Of a DNA stretch of 64,000 nucleotides, positions 1-11,702 are shown one piece after another. Origin of the DNA: Eledone cirrhosa (taxonomy: Eukaryota); assembly GCA_964016885.1 (NCBI GenBank), contig OZ024741.1, positions 384,338,001 to 384,402,000 on the forward strand, given 5' to 3'. Position 1 is the stretch's first letter. Each line of letters opens with the position of its first letter. The position numbers and the translations under genes were made by a program. The notes under the pieces are model-generated. The model saw only the letters and a list, made by a program, of their open reading frames with translations. It was not told where the DNA came from and did no database searches.

Positions 1-399
1 ATTTGAAATTCTCCGACTTTTTACCTAACATTCTTCTCATATCTGTAAGCTACTGACATTGTACGCAAACATGTTTGGTCCATAAACGCTAATTTAAATA
101 CATCATATTATGCTACACACACACATACGTGAGTGTGTAATCGTGTGTACCACATTAACGCTTGTATAGGTATGTGTGTGTACCGTGTGTGTAAAATTGC
201 TCTTTGTGTACTGGGTATCAATAATTTAATATTTGGTCAAACATACAGAAAAAGAAAGTAGCATTGGAAAGGACTATAGATGTCATAAATGAGAGGAAAG
301 TGGGGGTAAATAGCAAGGACTATTAAGCAACGGAAGAAATAAAGGAGAATGGGAGAGAGTGACAAGTTTACACCTAGGTCAGAACGGTGTTTCAATTGC

Positions 400-730
400 G
401 CCCCGGGGCAAAATAGCGAAGGCATTTTCGTGGCCAGTGACTCTCGCTGCAACATCCACCTCACCTCATGGGGCTCCTTCCTCAGATGGGCTGTAGTCAT
501 TCCGATTTTACGTAGTAGTTCAGCTGTACGGGGTCTGAGGACACCTGAGGTACTGACGGCGACCGATGCAAAAGGGAAGCGGCCGGACAAGCCCCCCGGT
601 ATTTGCTTGTCTTCCTGTGCCCTGCATTGCAGGTCGCGTTACTGGGGTTTGTAGCCGAAGCGATTAAAAGTTGGAGGCCGAGAACGTGTCACAGCATGTC
701 GCGTCCCAGATGAGGGATTTACCAAGTGCA
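400..730 (-). mobile_element. Decayed 3' fragment of a CRE-clade non-LTR retrotransposon (restriction-like endonuclease region)
   Basis: Minus-strand translation across frameshifts reads GKSLIWDATCCDTFSAS...RKTSKYRGL...FASVAVSTSGVL...LLRKIG...EPHEVRWMLQRESLA, matching the CRE C-terminal pattern (WDATCxDT, KxxKY, QRxSLA). Confidence 0.7.
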
Positions 731-1024
731 AATTTTGTCTTAAAACAATGCCACCATTTCTCAACAAATATTTACCAAATGTGTCACGCACATCCAGATG
801 TATTTCAGAATAACCACGGAAAATATCTCGATTTTCAGCCGCTTCTATGGTAAAAAGATTAGCTTCATGGAAAAAGACGTAGAACGATTGAAAGATTTTA
901 TAGATTAGAAAGGAGAGAGAGAAAAAATACGGCTATTTGAGGAAGAAGTGAAGCAATTTGGTTTTCTTAAGTTAATTTCTCTACTTTCTGTTTCCTTCAA
1001 TCTTTCTCCCCCCTCTCTTTTCTT

Positions 1025-1073
<49 letters not shown>

Positions 1074-1251
1074 CTATATACCCCCACACACATATATATA
1101 TATATATATAATAAGTTGACGGGACCAGCATGGGTTTCACTACTAGTAGCGGTTGCCTCTCAGCATACTCAATAGGTAATGTAAAATTCCAGAGTAGACG
1201 CATAGTTATTCGCTTCAATATAACACACGTAAATGGGTACTTTCAATCTAT

Positions 1252-1362
1252 ACCTGTACTCGAGTTTCGGCCACACTTAATGCAGCAGTAGAGTGCACAG
1301 CATCCACTGCCTGAATTTATTATGCAACAATGCACAATCGGCGCATGTGACTTCATCGGGGG
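1252..1362 (-). ncRNA. Degenerate hammerhead ribozyme-like motif with long helix II insert
   Basis: Reverse complement reads CCGATGAA-gtcaca...tgtggcc-GAAA-CTCGAG-TA with a palindromic helix III; helix I is weak. Confidence 0.35.
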
Positions 1363-1726
1363 GTTTCGCCTAATCAATAAGCAATCGATCGTCAGAATTC
1401 GATTCCAATCCGTGTCGGCTATGACAGTGAATGCGACGGCCGGCACAGTAAAACATCAGCATCATATATATATGTGTGTGTGTGAGGTGTAAATACAACT
1501 AAGAATCAAGTTTGGTTATTTGGAAGCCCGACAATGCGTGTTTGGTAAAAAGGCCAAGGTAATAAGAAAAGTGAAGTAAAAGAGTGAGGACGATAGTTAC
1601 CTTAGCAATTCTTAATGATCCCAAATATTTTCGGATTGTGCATCCATTAACAAAAGGAGTCCGTTGGGGGCGGACCTCAGTGAGAAACCTGAGAAATGTC
1701 GTAGGCGGCTGTTCGATTTATGTCCA

Positions 1727-1770
1727 GTAGTAGTAGTAGTAGTAGTAGTAGTAGCAGTAGCAGTAGTAGC

Positions 1771-1825
<55 letters not shown>

Positions 1826-1831
1826 ATAGTA
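1727..1831. repeat. (GTA)n microsatellite
   Basis: Direct reading. Confidence 0.95.
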
Positions 1832-2125
1832 GGTCACATCGATTGACACTGCCATCTGAACAGTAGTTAATTTTAGCAGAGTATACTCTGGTGCAAGTTT
1901 TTGGACCAGGTCTCTGATTTAAAGACACCTTAATCCTACAAGTCTGTGAGACCCTATAAACAGTCATAGCCATCTATACTCCTCTGCTTAAGCCCTTAAT
2001 ATATTCTTTTAATTTTTTAACATTTTACTGGTTTCAGTAATTAGAGTGTTGCCATTCTGGAGCACCACCTTGAAGAGATTTAGTTGATCATATCTTTTTA
2101 ATTTATTACACGCACGCGCGAACAT

Positions 2126-2162
<37 letters not shown>

Positions 2163-2353
2163 TACCGTAATTCATGTGGGATTTGTAGAAGAGCCGCATT
2201 GACACACAGCGTTTCTAGGGCAATGTTTTAAAGCTGGTGGAACCCATTCCCTCTCCCGGTCTGCATACAGTAGATTTCTTCCTCGGAAGGATGGAGAGTG
2301 AGAGAATGGAAACGAGAAAGAGATATAGAGGAAGAATCGACCCCAAGTTTATT

Positions 2354-2398
2354 GCCGACAGCCGTTTCGTCCGACCATATGGTGGGACTTTTCAAGGC
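2354..2398 (-). ncRNA. Minimal type I hammerhead ribozyme, U3-A8 core variant
   Basis: Reverse-complement copy of 3507-3551. Confidence 0.65.
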
Positions 2399-3506
2399 AT
2401 ATAACAGGTGATTGTAAGTTCATTATTTACATCACCGTTTCACTCAAGATTAGCAGTTTGAAATTGTGGTATACATCAACAGCTCCGCTTGTATATTTAG
2501 GGTCTATATTCTATGGGGGGGCTCTTTTATATTAGTTGTAGGAGTTGTAAAAGGGATGGGAGTTAAGAGAATTTGAAAAGGGCCTAAGAGTTAGGGAAAA
2601 GAACTTTCAATAAGATTTAACAGCTTTCAACTATTTATTTCTTAATTTTTAAAATTAAATTTAATGTTCAACCCCTTAATCGTTAATTTTTAATCATGGA
2701 TATATACGATTGCTTAATCTTAAATTCATTAAATTTTTTAATTTCGGGGTTTGGAACTCTTAAAATTCAAATCCTAACTTAAATCTTAATATTTATATTA
2801 TGTAGTCCCTAAATCATTAACTTTATTAACCTGTTAAATCTTATTGAAAGTTCTTTTCCTTAATTTTTAATTTTTAATTTTTAATTTCTGAGTTTAGAAC
2901 TTTAGTAGGGATTATCAAAACTTTGTAAATTTTCTGCAATTTTTTAACGAGATCTCTTAGGAAAAAATTTTTTTTACTTTTGAAGGAATTTTTTAGGAAA
3001 CTTTATATTTTTTTAGGAAACTTTATATTTTTATTTTTTTATTTTTTTATTTTTTTATTTTTTTATTTTTTTATTTTTTTATTTTTTTATTTTTTTATTT
3101 TTTTATTTTTTTATTTTTTTATTTTTTTATTTTTTTATTTTTTTATTTTTTTATTTTTTTAGTCTCTTAATCTCTTCTGGTTTGTTAGGTTTATTGGGGC
3201 TTATAAGCTTTATGCACTTATTGAGGGATTTTTTAAGGTGCTTCTACGAGATCCCAAGTCTTTTACTTTTAATGCGTAACTTATAAATTCTCTAATTTTT
3301 GACCTTCAATCCCTAACTCTTAGGCCCTTTTCAAATTCTCTTAACTCCCATCCCTTTTACAACTCCTACAACTAATATAAAAGAGCCCCCTTAGAATATA
3401 GACCCTAAATATACAAGCGGAGCTGTTGATGTATACCACAATTTCAAACTGCTAATCTTGAGTGAAACGGTGATGTAAATAATGAACTTACAATCACCTG
3501 TTATAT

Positions 3507-3551
3507 GCCTTGAAAAGTCCCACCATATGGTCGGACGAAACGGCTGTCGGC
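3507..3551 (+). ncRNA. Minimal type I hammerhead ribozyme, U3-A8 core variant
   Basis: gcc TTGAAAA gtcc-caccatatggtc-ggac GAAA cggctg TC ggc: helix I gcc/ggc, helix II gtcc/ggac, GUC cleavage triplet, followed by AATAAA. Confidence 0.65.
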
Positions 3552-3705
3552 AATAAACGTGTTATAATGTCATAATAGCTCCTTTGTTCTTTTTCATTAA
3601 TATTTCTGCTCTGCTTATACGCATAGAGCTTAACTAGCTACCGTCGCATATTTGGTAGGTCAGGCGTGATCATCGCGATTCACGTACGACCTACCATACA
3701 TCTTG

Positions 3706-3772
<67 letters not shown>

Positions 3773-3778
<6 letters not shown>

Positions 3779-4352
3779 GAATAAACAAGAGAGATGAACA
3801 CTAATATAAACATACATGTGTCCGAATCGTAAGGACTAGGTTTGCTAGGGTGAAAAAATACTAACTACAGCAATATGGTTTGCCAGACTTAATTTAAAAT
3901 AATAACAAACCTATATTGGGCAACTGCCTGGAAACACCTAGACAGTTATGGAAACTTTTCGCAAAATCATATTAAGCGAAGTCATCACCATTTCTCTGCT
4001 CGTCAGTAGGTCTTGAGGAATTAGCGATCCTTCCACTTCTAAAAATATTAGAAGACTGAATTGCGTGCGATATGAAATAACGCACGTGTCTTCGGGGCCT
4101 AGCTTGTCTCGAAAACCTATGCCGCTAAAAATAGCAGCCTGGTTAACACGACATTAAAATTAGCTCTACATGATGGAGCCGACAAATATATACTGAGTTA
4201 GAAACTCAAAGTGGTCCGAATCGTAAGGACACATGTATGTTTATATTAGTGTTCATCTCCTTGTTTATTCAATTATATTACACGACAAGTTTTTTTCTTA
4301 GAGCTATTTAATTGTAAGAGACTACTTTCAGTTTCTAACTCAGTATATATAT
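3773..4352. repeat. Element with nested inverted repeats between (TA)n tracts
   Basis: 3773-3823 is the reverse complement of ~4227-4278. gtccgaatcgtaaggac is directly repeated (~3820, ~4214). ~4187-4215 is the reverse complement of ~4321-4349. Confidence 0.65.
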
Positions 4353-4487
4353 ATATAAGCAAAGAGATATTTAATTTGCTGGCAATTCAACAAATTTATT
4401 TATAAATTTATTTATAAATTTGGTTTTATAAATATACTTTCCATTTATTAATATCATTGATATATATATATACAGCAGATTTCTTCC

Positions 4488-4592
4488 AGAGAGAGGAAGA
4501 ATCAACCCCAGTACTAGACAGATACTAGACTGGTTCTTTTTATCGACTTCGAAAGGATGAAAGGAAACGTGGACCTCGGCGGGATTTGAACG
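4488..4592 (-). mobile_element. SINE fragment (tRNA-type B box plus conserved central domain)
   Basis: Reverse complement gttcaaatcccgccgaggtccacgtttcctttcatcctttcgaagtcgataaaa, the same core as 8038-8237. Confidence 0.75.
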
Positions 4593-4626
4593 AATACCAT
4601 AAAGCATTCTAATAGCTTTGCCAATT

Positions 4627-4636
4627 AGCCCCTATC

Positions 4637-4733
<97 letters not shown>

Positions 4734-4812
4734 CGTGTGTGTGTGTGTGTGTGTGCGTGTGTGTGTGTGTCTGTGTGTCTGTGTCTGTGTCTGTGTCTGT
4801 GTGTGTTTGTGT
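4627..4812. repeat. (TA)n-(GT)n compound microsatellite
   Basis: Direct reading. Confidence 0.95.
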
Positions 4813-5221
4813 ACTAACACTATTGTCTCTTCCAAAATCTAAATACCAGGTCGTCAACATCCGTAAAAATCTGTTAAATAATAATGTCAAAATACAGATA
4901 TTATCAGTGTGACAAGTAGAGTTCTAACGTTCAATGTGGGCTCTTCTTTCTATATTCATAACTGGTTTAGGCAGCCTTTGGCCGAAAATCAATAAAATAT
5001 ATTGTTTTTAGTGTGTCCATCCCCACGCTTAGCTTTAATTTGCTTATTCATATAGCTTTATTCTCAAACCAGTCCTAAACCACCAAACTAATGAACAAAG
5101 TCATTGAAGCTATGAGCATCGGGGTTTTATTTTGCTATCCTCCTTTCTGTGGTCCCTGGGAATTAACAATGGGGTTAATTCTACACTGAAATTAACTATG
5201 TGCCCGATAAACCTATGGACC

Positions 5222-5350
5222 TTGTGGCGTATTGGCAATGTCATTAGAACATCAGATAGAATCCTTTGCAGTATTCATTCAAAACCCACCGAGGTCAGCT
5301 TTGCCTTTCATCAGCCGTCGATAATAACGTACCAGTCTGCTACTAGGATT
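5222..5350 (+). mobile_element. Decayed SINE
   Basis: ttcaaaacccaccgaggtcagctttgcctttcatc...gtcgataataacgtaccag core. Confidence 0.65.
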
Positions 5351-5717
5351 GGTTCTTTCTCTCTATCTCTTGCTCACTTCCTCTTTATCGCTCTCTCTGT
5401 CTCTCTATCACACATACACACACACTCTCCCTCTTTCTCTCTATTAATCTCTCTCTCTCTCTCTCTTTTTCTCTCTATTAATCTCTCTCTCTCTCTCTCT
5501 TTCTCTCTATCACTCTCCCTCTGCCACTCTCCCTGTGTCTCTCTCTCTTTCTCTCTATTACTCTCTCTGTCTCTCTGTCACTCTCTCTATCTCTCTCTCT
5601 TTCTCTCTATCACTCTCTCTCTCTGTCTGCCTCCGCTAAAAGAAATCGACAGTGTTCAAATCTGGATGGACGCAGCCAGGTTTAAATGCCCAAGATACTC
5701 TGTGTGGTCAGGCACCA

Positions 5718-6070
5718 TGTAACCCAGTACAATAAGTTTCATGGTCAAGCGATCGGCGACTAAACCGACTTCCCCCACAACACCCTGGTCTAGTGAGGCG
5801 GCTAAGTGGAACCCAAGCAGCACAAAAAAAAACAAGGACTGTTAAAAGGGCAGATGAACTCCTCGGAATCTACGGCCATCCATACCAATCATGGTTAAAA
5901 TAGTTTCACCAACCCACAATTGGCCAAGCGTGGTGAGTACAGCTACATCCCTGACATGACAAAAACCAAAGAGAAAGCGGTGCAGGTGAGACAGCGAAGG
6001 GTTCCTCCAAAAGGAGTGAGAAGACCTTGGATTTGGTCGCTGTATGTCATTACTGCGCCCCAACGGCATG
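5718..6070 (+). mobile_element. Dispersed non-coding repeat, possibly LINE 5'-region derived; related copies at ~44058-44500, 45505-45900, 47172-47520, 53240-53380
   Basis: Shared blocks atgtaacccagtacaa...gactaaacc and aaagggc.ga.gaactc...acggccatcc. Confidence 0.5.
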
Positions 6071-6175
6071 ATGAGTTATGGGTCTATCATACATACAAGA
6101 ATATAAACATGACTCTGTATGTAAGCAAATGTTCAACAGGTCTCGTAGAGTAAACTAGTTTAACTCTTAATATTT

Positions 6176-8032
6176 TCTCCCGATCGGTCCGTCAAGGGTG
6201 CCCTCTCTCTTCCCTTCTGTACGTATTGACTCTCGAGCCTTTACTGCGGAAGCTGGAGCTGTTGCAGGGCATCCCGCTCAAACCGGGACATGGAAAGGCT
6301 GTGTCGGCTTATGCGGACGACATCACCGTGATGGTGTCGGACACCTCAGAAATCGAGGTGGCCGGCACCTTATTGAAGGAATATGAAAGGTTGACAGGAG
6401 CCAAACTTAACCCGGAAAAGTCGGTGGGCTTGTAGCTCGGAACCTGGAGAAGCAAGCCCATGTCGTCCAACAGCATCGTGGGGCGCTGGACGGACGGACC
6501 GGTAAAGTTGCTCGGGGTTTGGTTCGGACCAGACCTCCAGGTGGAAAAGATTTGGGACGAGGTAACGAGCAGGGTAGCCAGTCTCACCTAAAAATGGGCT
6601 GCGTGGAAGCTATCACTGAAAGGTCGCGCGGAGGTGGCGAATGCGTACATCGCGCCCGTCATCTACTAACACCTGACCATCGTGCCCTGCCCCCGTCCGC
6701 GCCTCGTCAAGTTGGAACGGCTCCTCTTCAAATTCTTGTGGAGAGAACAAGTCCCGTTGGTGAGGCGGTCAATCTGCTGCCAGCACCCTCTACGCAGGGG
6801 GCTGGGCATGCCATGGCTAATGATGCGTAGACATGTGCTGAGGCTGCGACATCTCCAGAAATACTGCCTAAACGGTGAACAGGTGTGGTCGCCGTTTATC
6901 AGACGGGCTTTTCCGCAGCTCGTTTCTTTGACTGAGCTGCAGTCCTGGGTCAAGAAGAGACTGAGACTGAGTGACTGGCACCTGGAATGTTGCCAGGCAC
7001 TGACTGCCTTCTACCAAGCGGGCAATGCAATCAGTGGAACTTCCACTCTCGAGTTCTATAGAGGATTAGTGGTGGGCAAGTGCGATGACGCACTCGGAGA
7101 AGCTTTTGGGCCTCGACGAAGTCGAAGTGACCAGTCTGTTCCGGAGGACTTTCGAGCCGAGGACGATGGACAATTTCCAGAAATCCCTCGCTTGGCAGTG
7201 CTACCGGGGGGGGGCACTGCCTGTTCGGGATAAACTCTAAGGTACGGAAGTGCTATCAGACGGACCTGCCCAAAATGCGCACAGCGCGACGAAACCGTTC
7301 TGCACGCACTTGTCCAATGTCCGTGCATTACTGACTTGTGGAGTTATGTCGAACAGCTACTGTCGCGTGTAGAACGGATCCGGCTATCGGCCGAGTCCAT
7401 AGTGAAGATCGACCCGCCGCCTTCCTTTGGTCAGGACGAGCAGGCAATTTTCCTCAGTCTGGTGGCAGTTGCGAAAGAGGTTATATGGTGAACCAGATTA
7501 AAAGGACTGAAGACAAACACTTTTCTCTTCGGCCAATCCCTCATCAACTTCTTCAAGTTTCACCTAGAAAGGAAGGTGAGGGTAGAGAAAGAAGTGCTAC
7601 CCCCCCCCCCCCAGTACATTTGCTAAAAGGTGGATGAATGTGGCGAGAATGGCCCCTGTGAATGGGTCTACTCTGACCATGCGCCTATAGGCTAGCTAAT
7701 TTGAGGAGAGGGGTGCTCTCCCTGGGTGCCCTAGAAGCGCAGGGTGGTTCAGGATTGGTGGGGGTACCCGAGTCACCCCAGGGTCGTCCACACCCTATCG
7801 GGGAATTTATTTTGTCATATTTATGCATAGTTTATTTTATATTTTTATATCTTCATTGTTAAATTAGTCTTGCCATTGTGCACTTTTACTCGACTTTATT
7901 GTAAACCCCCACTGTCCCTGTCTTTGTATTGTCCCCTACATGTCGGCCCTTGTGGCTGATAAATGAAATCATTATTATTATTGTTGATGTCGGCCCTTGT
8001 GGCCAATAAATGAAATCATTATTATTATTATC
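6176..8032 (+). mobile_element. 5'-truncated Tx1-clade LINE, family A (RT C-terminal half, CCHC finger, 3' UTR, TTA tail)
   Basis: Colinear with 13621-15394. YADD motif, several stops and frameshifts. The terminal ~40 nt occurs twice. Confidence 0.92.
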
Positions 8033-8037
8033 ACCGA

Positions 8038-8237
8038 GGGCGGTGGATTGGCAGTATCGGTAGAGGGTCGGACGCCATGCTTTCCAGCATAGTTACGTCC
8101 CTTTATGATCTGAGTTCAAATCCCGCCGAGGTTGACTTTGCCTTTCATCCTTACGGGGTCGATAAAATAAAGTACCAGTAATGCACTGGTTAATTGCTGG
8201 CCTTGTGCCTAAAGTAGAAACAATTATTATTATTATT
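8038..8237 (+). mobile_element. tRNA-derived SINE with (TTA)n tail
   Basis: A box tggcagtatcgg, B box gagttcaaatcc, central gaggttgactttgcctttcatcc...gtcgataaaataaagtaccag, tail ggccttgtgcctaaagtagaaacaattattatt. Confidence 0.85.
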
Positions 8238-8379
8238 ACAGTTGCATTTATCTTGATTTATGTTCATACGAGTTATCACCAAGTCACAACCAGTGACCTC
8301 AAGAGACAACAAGGTCCGCCATGTTCAAGAAAGAACATACATACACACACATGCATCTTTAGGTGTTTAGACTTGTGAT
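8238..8379 (-). mobile_element. 3' UTR-only copy of R4/Dong family I
   Basis: Near-identical to 22492-22631, the 3' UTR of the element at 22492-26611. Flanked by (TTA)n on both sides. Confidence 0.85.
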
Positions 8380-8407
8380 TATTATTATTATTATTATTAT
8401 TATTATT

Positions 8408-9455
8408 GGTCTAAGCGGACGTATTTTGCTCGCTCAAAGTAAGTCGCTTTATTCGCCTGTTAAAATTATTTGTTGTTAAATATTTCTTGTTGTGTAAGGG
8501 ATAATAGCCCTTAGACTTTGCCCCGTGAAGGGGAAAGTATATTTGGGCCTTTTGGTCCAAATATTTGAACTTTTTTTTACATGTTAAAAAATTTACGAAG
8601 AAAAAAAAACATGGCTGAGTCCCCCCCCCCCCCCCCCCCCCCCCGAAAATCAACTAGCCAATCTCTTCGGAAGAACTTTCGGGCCGGGGCCTATGGACAA
8701 CTTCCAGAAATCCCTGGCCTGGCAGTGCTACCGAGGAGCTTTGCCAGTTCGGGATAAACTCTACAGGCATGGAGGTGTCGTCAGCCGGGCATGTCCGATA
8801 GGCGCGCAGAGCGACGAAACCGTCCTGCACGCACTCGTCCAGTGTCCGAGCATTGCTGACTTGTGGGTTTATGTCGAACACCTGCTGTCGCGTATCGGAC
8901 GGATCCAGCTATCAGCTGAGTCCATTGTGAGGATTGCCCTGCCCTCTCCCTTTAGCCGGGAAGGGCAGGCAGTTTTCATCTGTCTGGTGGCCATGGCGAA
9001 AGAGATAGTATGGTGGACACGTTTGAAAGGGCTGAAGACGAGCACTTACCTCTTCGGTGATGCCCTGATTAACTTTTTCAAATTTCATTTGAAAAGGAAA
9101 ATCAGGGTAGAGAGGGAAGTGCTCTCTTCCCAGCATTTTGTTGAAAGATGGGTGAGAGAAGCAAGTATGGCCCGAGTGAATGGGCCTACTCTGAGTATGT
9201 GTCTGTAAATTAAAGGTGGAAAACTGGGAGAGGGCACTTGCCCTGGTGGTCAGGGTCACTGTGGCCTTTTAATGGGCTTTCTCCACAAATGTCCCTCGGA
9301 AGTCTCCCCCCTATTGGGGAATTTTTCATTGTTACTTTTTGTTACATCCTCTGTTTTTGTTTTTTTACACGCAGAAATGCCCATTTGTACTGTCCTGTAT
9401 TGTCCTGTACTGTTGTTAATGTCTACTTTATGTAAACCCTTGTGGTTAATAAAGA

Positions 9456-9489
<34 letters not shown>
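8408..9489 (+). mobile_element. Chimeric Tx1 derivative: family A 5' UTR and ATG fused through a poly-C run to the family C 3' end
   Basis: 8408-8620 matches 9490-9700. 8645-9460 matches ~37336-38145. Confidence 0.88.
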
Positions 9490-9691
9490 GGTCTAAGCGG
9501 ACGTATTTTGCTCGCTCCCAGTAAGTCGCTTTATTTACCTTTTAAAATTATTTGTTGTTAAATATTTCTTGTGTAAGAGATATAAGCCCTTAGACTTTGC
9601 CCTGTGAAGGGGAAAGTATAATATTTGGGCCTTTTGGCCCAAATATTTGAATTTTCTTTACATGTTAAAACATTTACGGAGAAAAAAAAAC

Positions 9692-11671
9692 ATGGCTGAG
9701 CCACGCCCCCCAGCGATATGTCTGCTGTCGTGCGACAACGACGTAGAAGTTGAGAGGAGCGCTACAGCGAAATTAACACGCATTGATAACACAAATACCA
9801 CCACAAACAATGTAAACAAAGACACCAATGATACCAATGAGAACTCTAATTTTGAAAAAAATGACAGTAACAGCGACAACGAAAATACAGATAACAAAAA
9901 AAACAAAAACAAATACAACAACAATATCAACACCACTAATATGAAAACAAATAGCGACAACACCAACAGCAACAATACCAACTGCACCGAGAACAACGGT
10001 GGCAACAAAGACAACAATGATAACAGCGACAGTGCTAACAACAACACCAACAAGAACAACAACACCCCCCAACGAGAAGAAGACTTTCGCTGCAGCAGCA
10101 GCAAAAAAGAGGCCATGCTTCAACATGGACCTCTCAAACAAAGATGAAAAGTTGGCCCAGGCACGGAAGCTCATCAAGCAAGAGCAAACTTGGGCCAACT
10201 TAACTGTCCCGGTAGAAGTTATTGAGGCAGTGGAGCGCAAAACGGTGCATTATAGATGCATCTCAGCACAAACCAAAAGGGCAGCTTTAATCCCACAAGA
10301 AGATGTAGAAGTCGCGCTGAGGTGCATTAGAGAAGACACCCAGTACATAGAGTGGGGCAGACAGTACGGCACCATTTCGGTGTTGTTCAAGTCTGAAGCC
10401 CTCGCTATGAAACACGCTATGACCCCTTGCAAAACCAGCAAGGTCATGATGTACCCCTCCCACATGGGAAAAAAAACGGCCCGTCTCCGCATTCCCAGAA
10501 TCCCACCAGGACTTCACATGTGGTGGCTTCTGGGATGTGTGATTGTGAAGGGGACGGATACAGTCCCTATAGAAGTGACCAGAACGGCCAGAGAGGACTG
10601 GTCCGGAGTTGACCTGGAGATCCTTCTCCAGATCAGGCCCTAGAATCTGAAGACAATCCCGGACCACATCCGCCTTCAGAATGGGACTGTCATTCACATT
10701 ATGACCGAAGGCAAAAGGCCGCAGTGTTTTGTTTGTGGGGAAAAAACCCATTTGCGAGCCTTCTGCCCTCAACTGCTGAAAGAGGCAAGGGGTCGAAAGG
10801 CTCCACTGCTGCCGACGCCGGGGCGAGGACCACAACCAACATCAGCACCGGCAAAACCACCAACAACAACACCAATAGAAAGACCACCACCAACATTGAC
10901 CACCCAGGGGGGAGACGAGGAAAGCTGTCAAATTCTCCCCCCCCCCCAAAAAAAAATACACACACCAATAAAACCATAAACATACATACAGACACACTTA
11001 CAGACACAGACCCCTCATCTACCAGTAGTGAAGATGAGGGAAAACTAAAATCCCCCAAAATACAAAAAAGTAAACACAAAAAGAAAAAAAAAACTCAACA
11101 AAGCACAAAATCACCCACAATAAAAAACGCAGACACCACCCACGCAAACATCTCTCCAATAACACCAACATCAACACCACCATCACCATCACCGTCACCA
11201 GAATCCACCAAACGCAAACAACCGAAACAGACGCAAGAACAAATATACACACAAACATCTGAAACCACAAACATCGCACTCACAACAAACACAGATACAA
11301 CCGAAACAACACCACCAAAACCATCACCACCACAGCCACGCAAACAAATAAAATCATACCAACAAAACATACAAAACTTCGTGCTCGTCAGGAGGGCCAA
11401 CAAGGAACTGATGGCCCTCGTAGCACGAAGTGAAAATATACAAAAAGAGGGGGAACTTATTAAATCGAGCACATTTCGCGTGCCGGAAGATTTGGTTCTG
11501 GTGCGAATGTCGCTCGACATATTCAAAGAAATACGAGACAGCTTTCCTCGGTACGTGGGGACCCCGAACGTAAAACCCACTTCAAGACTTTTAAAGGGGT
11601 TCCCAAAAGAAACCCCACTAAGTATGGAGGTCGAACAATCCGACTATCACAAGAGCCCGGAAGGTAAGTAA
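9692..11671 (+). pseudogene. Tx1-A ORF1 (gag-like), interrupted
   Basis: Asn-rich N-terminus, RRM-like region, CFVCGEKTHLRAFC (CX2CX4HX4C), Pro/Thr-rich linker. Split over ORFs 9647, 9999, 10701 and 10724. Confidence 0.82.
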
Positions 11672-11702
11672 ACCTTCCTCTCTCTCTGTTTAACCTGCCA
11701 AC

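Larger units (their letters stand above)
2347..3558. mobile_element. Non-coding element with ~250 bp inverted terminal repeats carrying hammerhead motifs (Penelope-like pLTR derivative)
   Basis: 2347-2597 is the near-perfect reverse complement of 3311-3558. The interior is AT-rich with an (ATTTTTTT)n tract at ~3020-3160. Each arm ends in a hammerhead motif followed by AATAAA. Confidence 0.75.

Noticed and set aside
9490-9620. HDV-like ribozyme at the Tx1-A 5' end (gtctaag/cttagac pairing)
   Set aside because: P2, P3, P1.1 and J4/2 could not be assigned in the required order.
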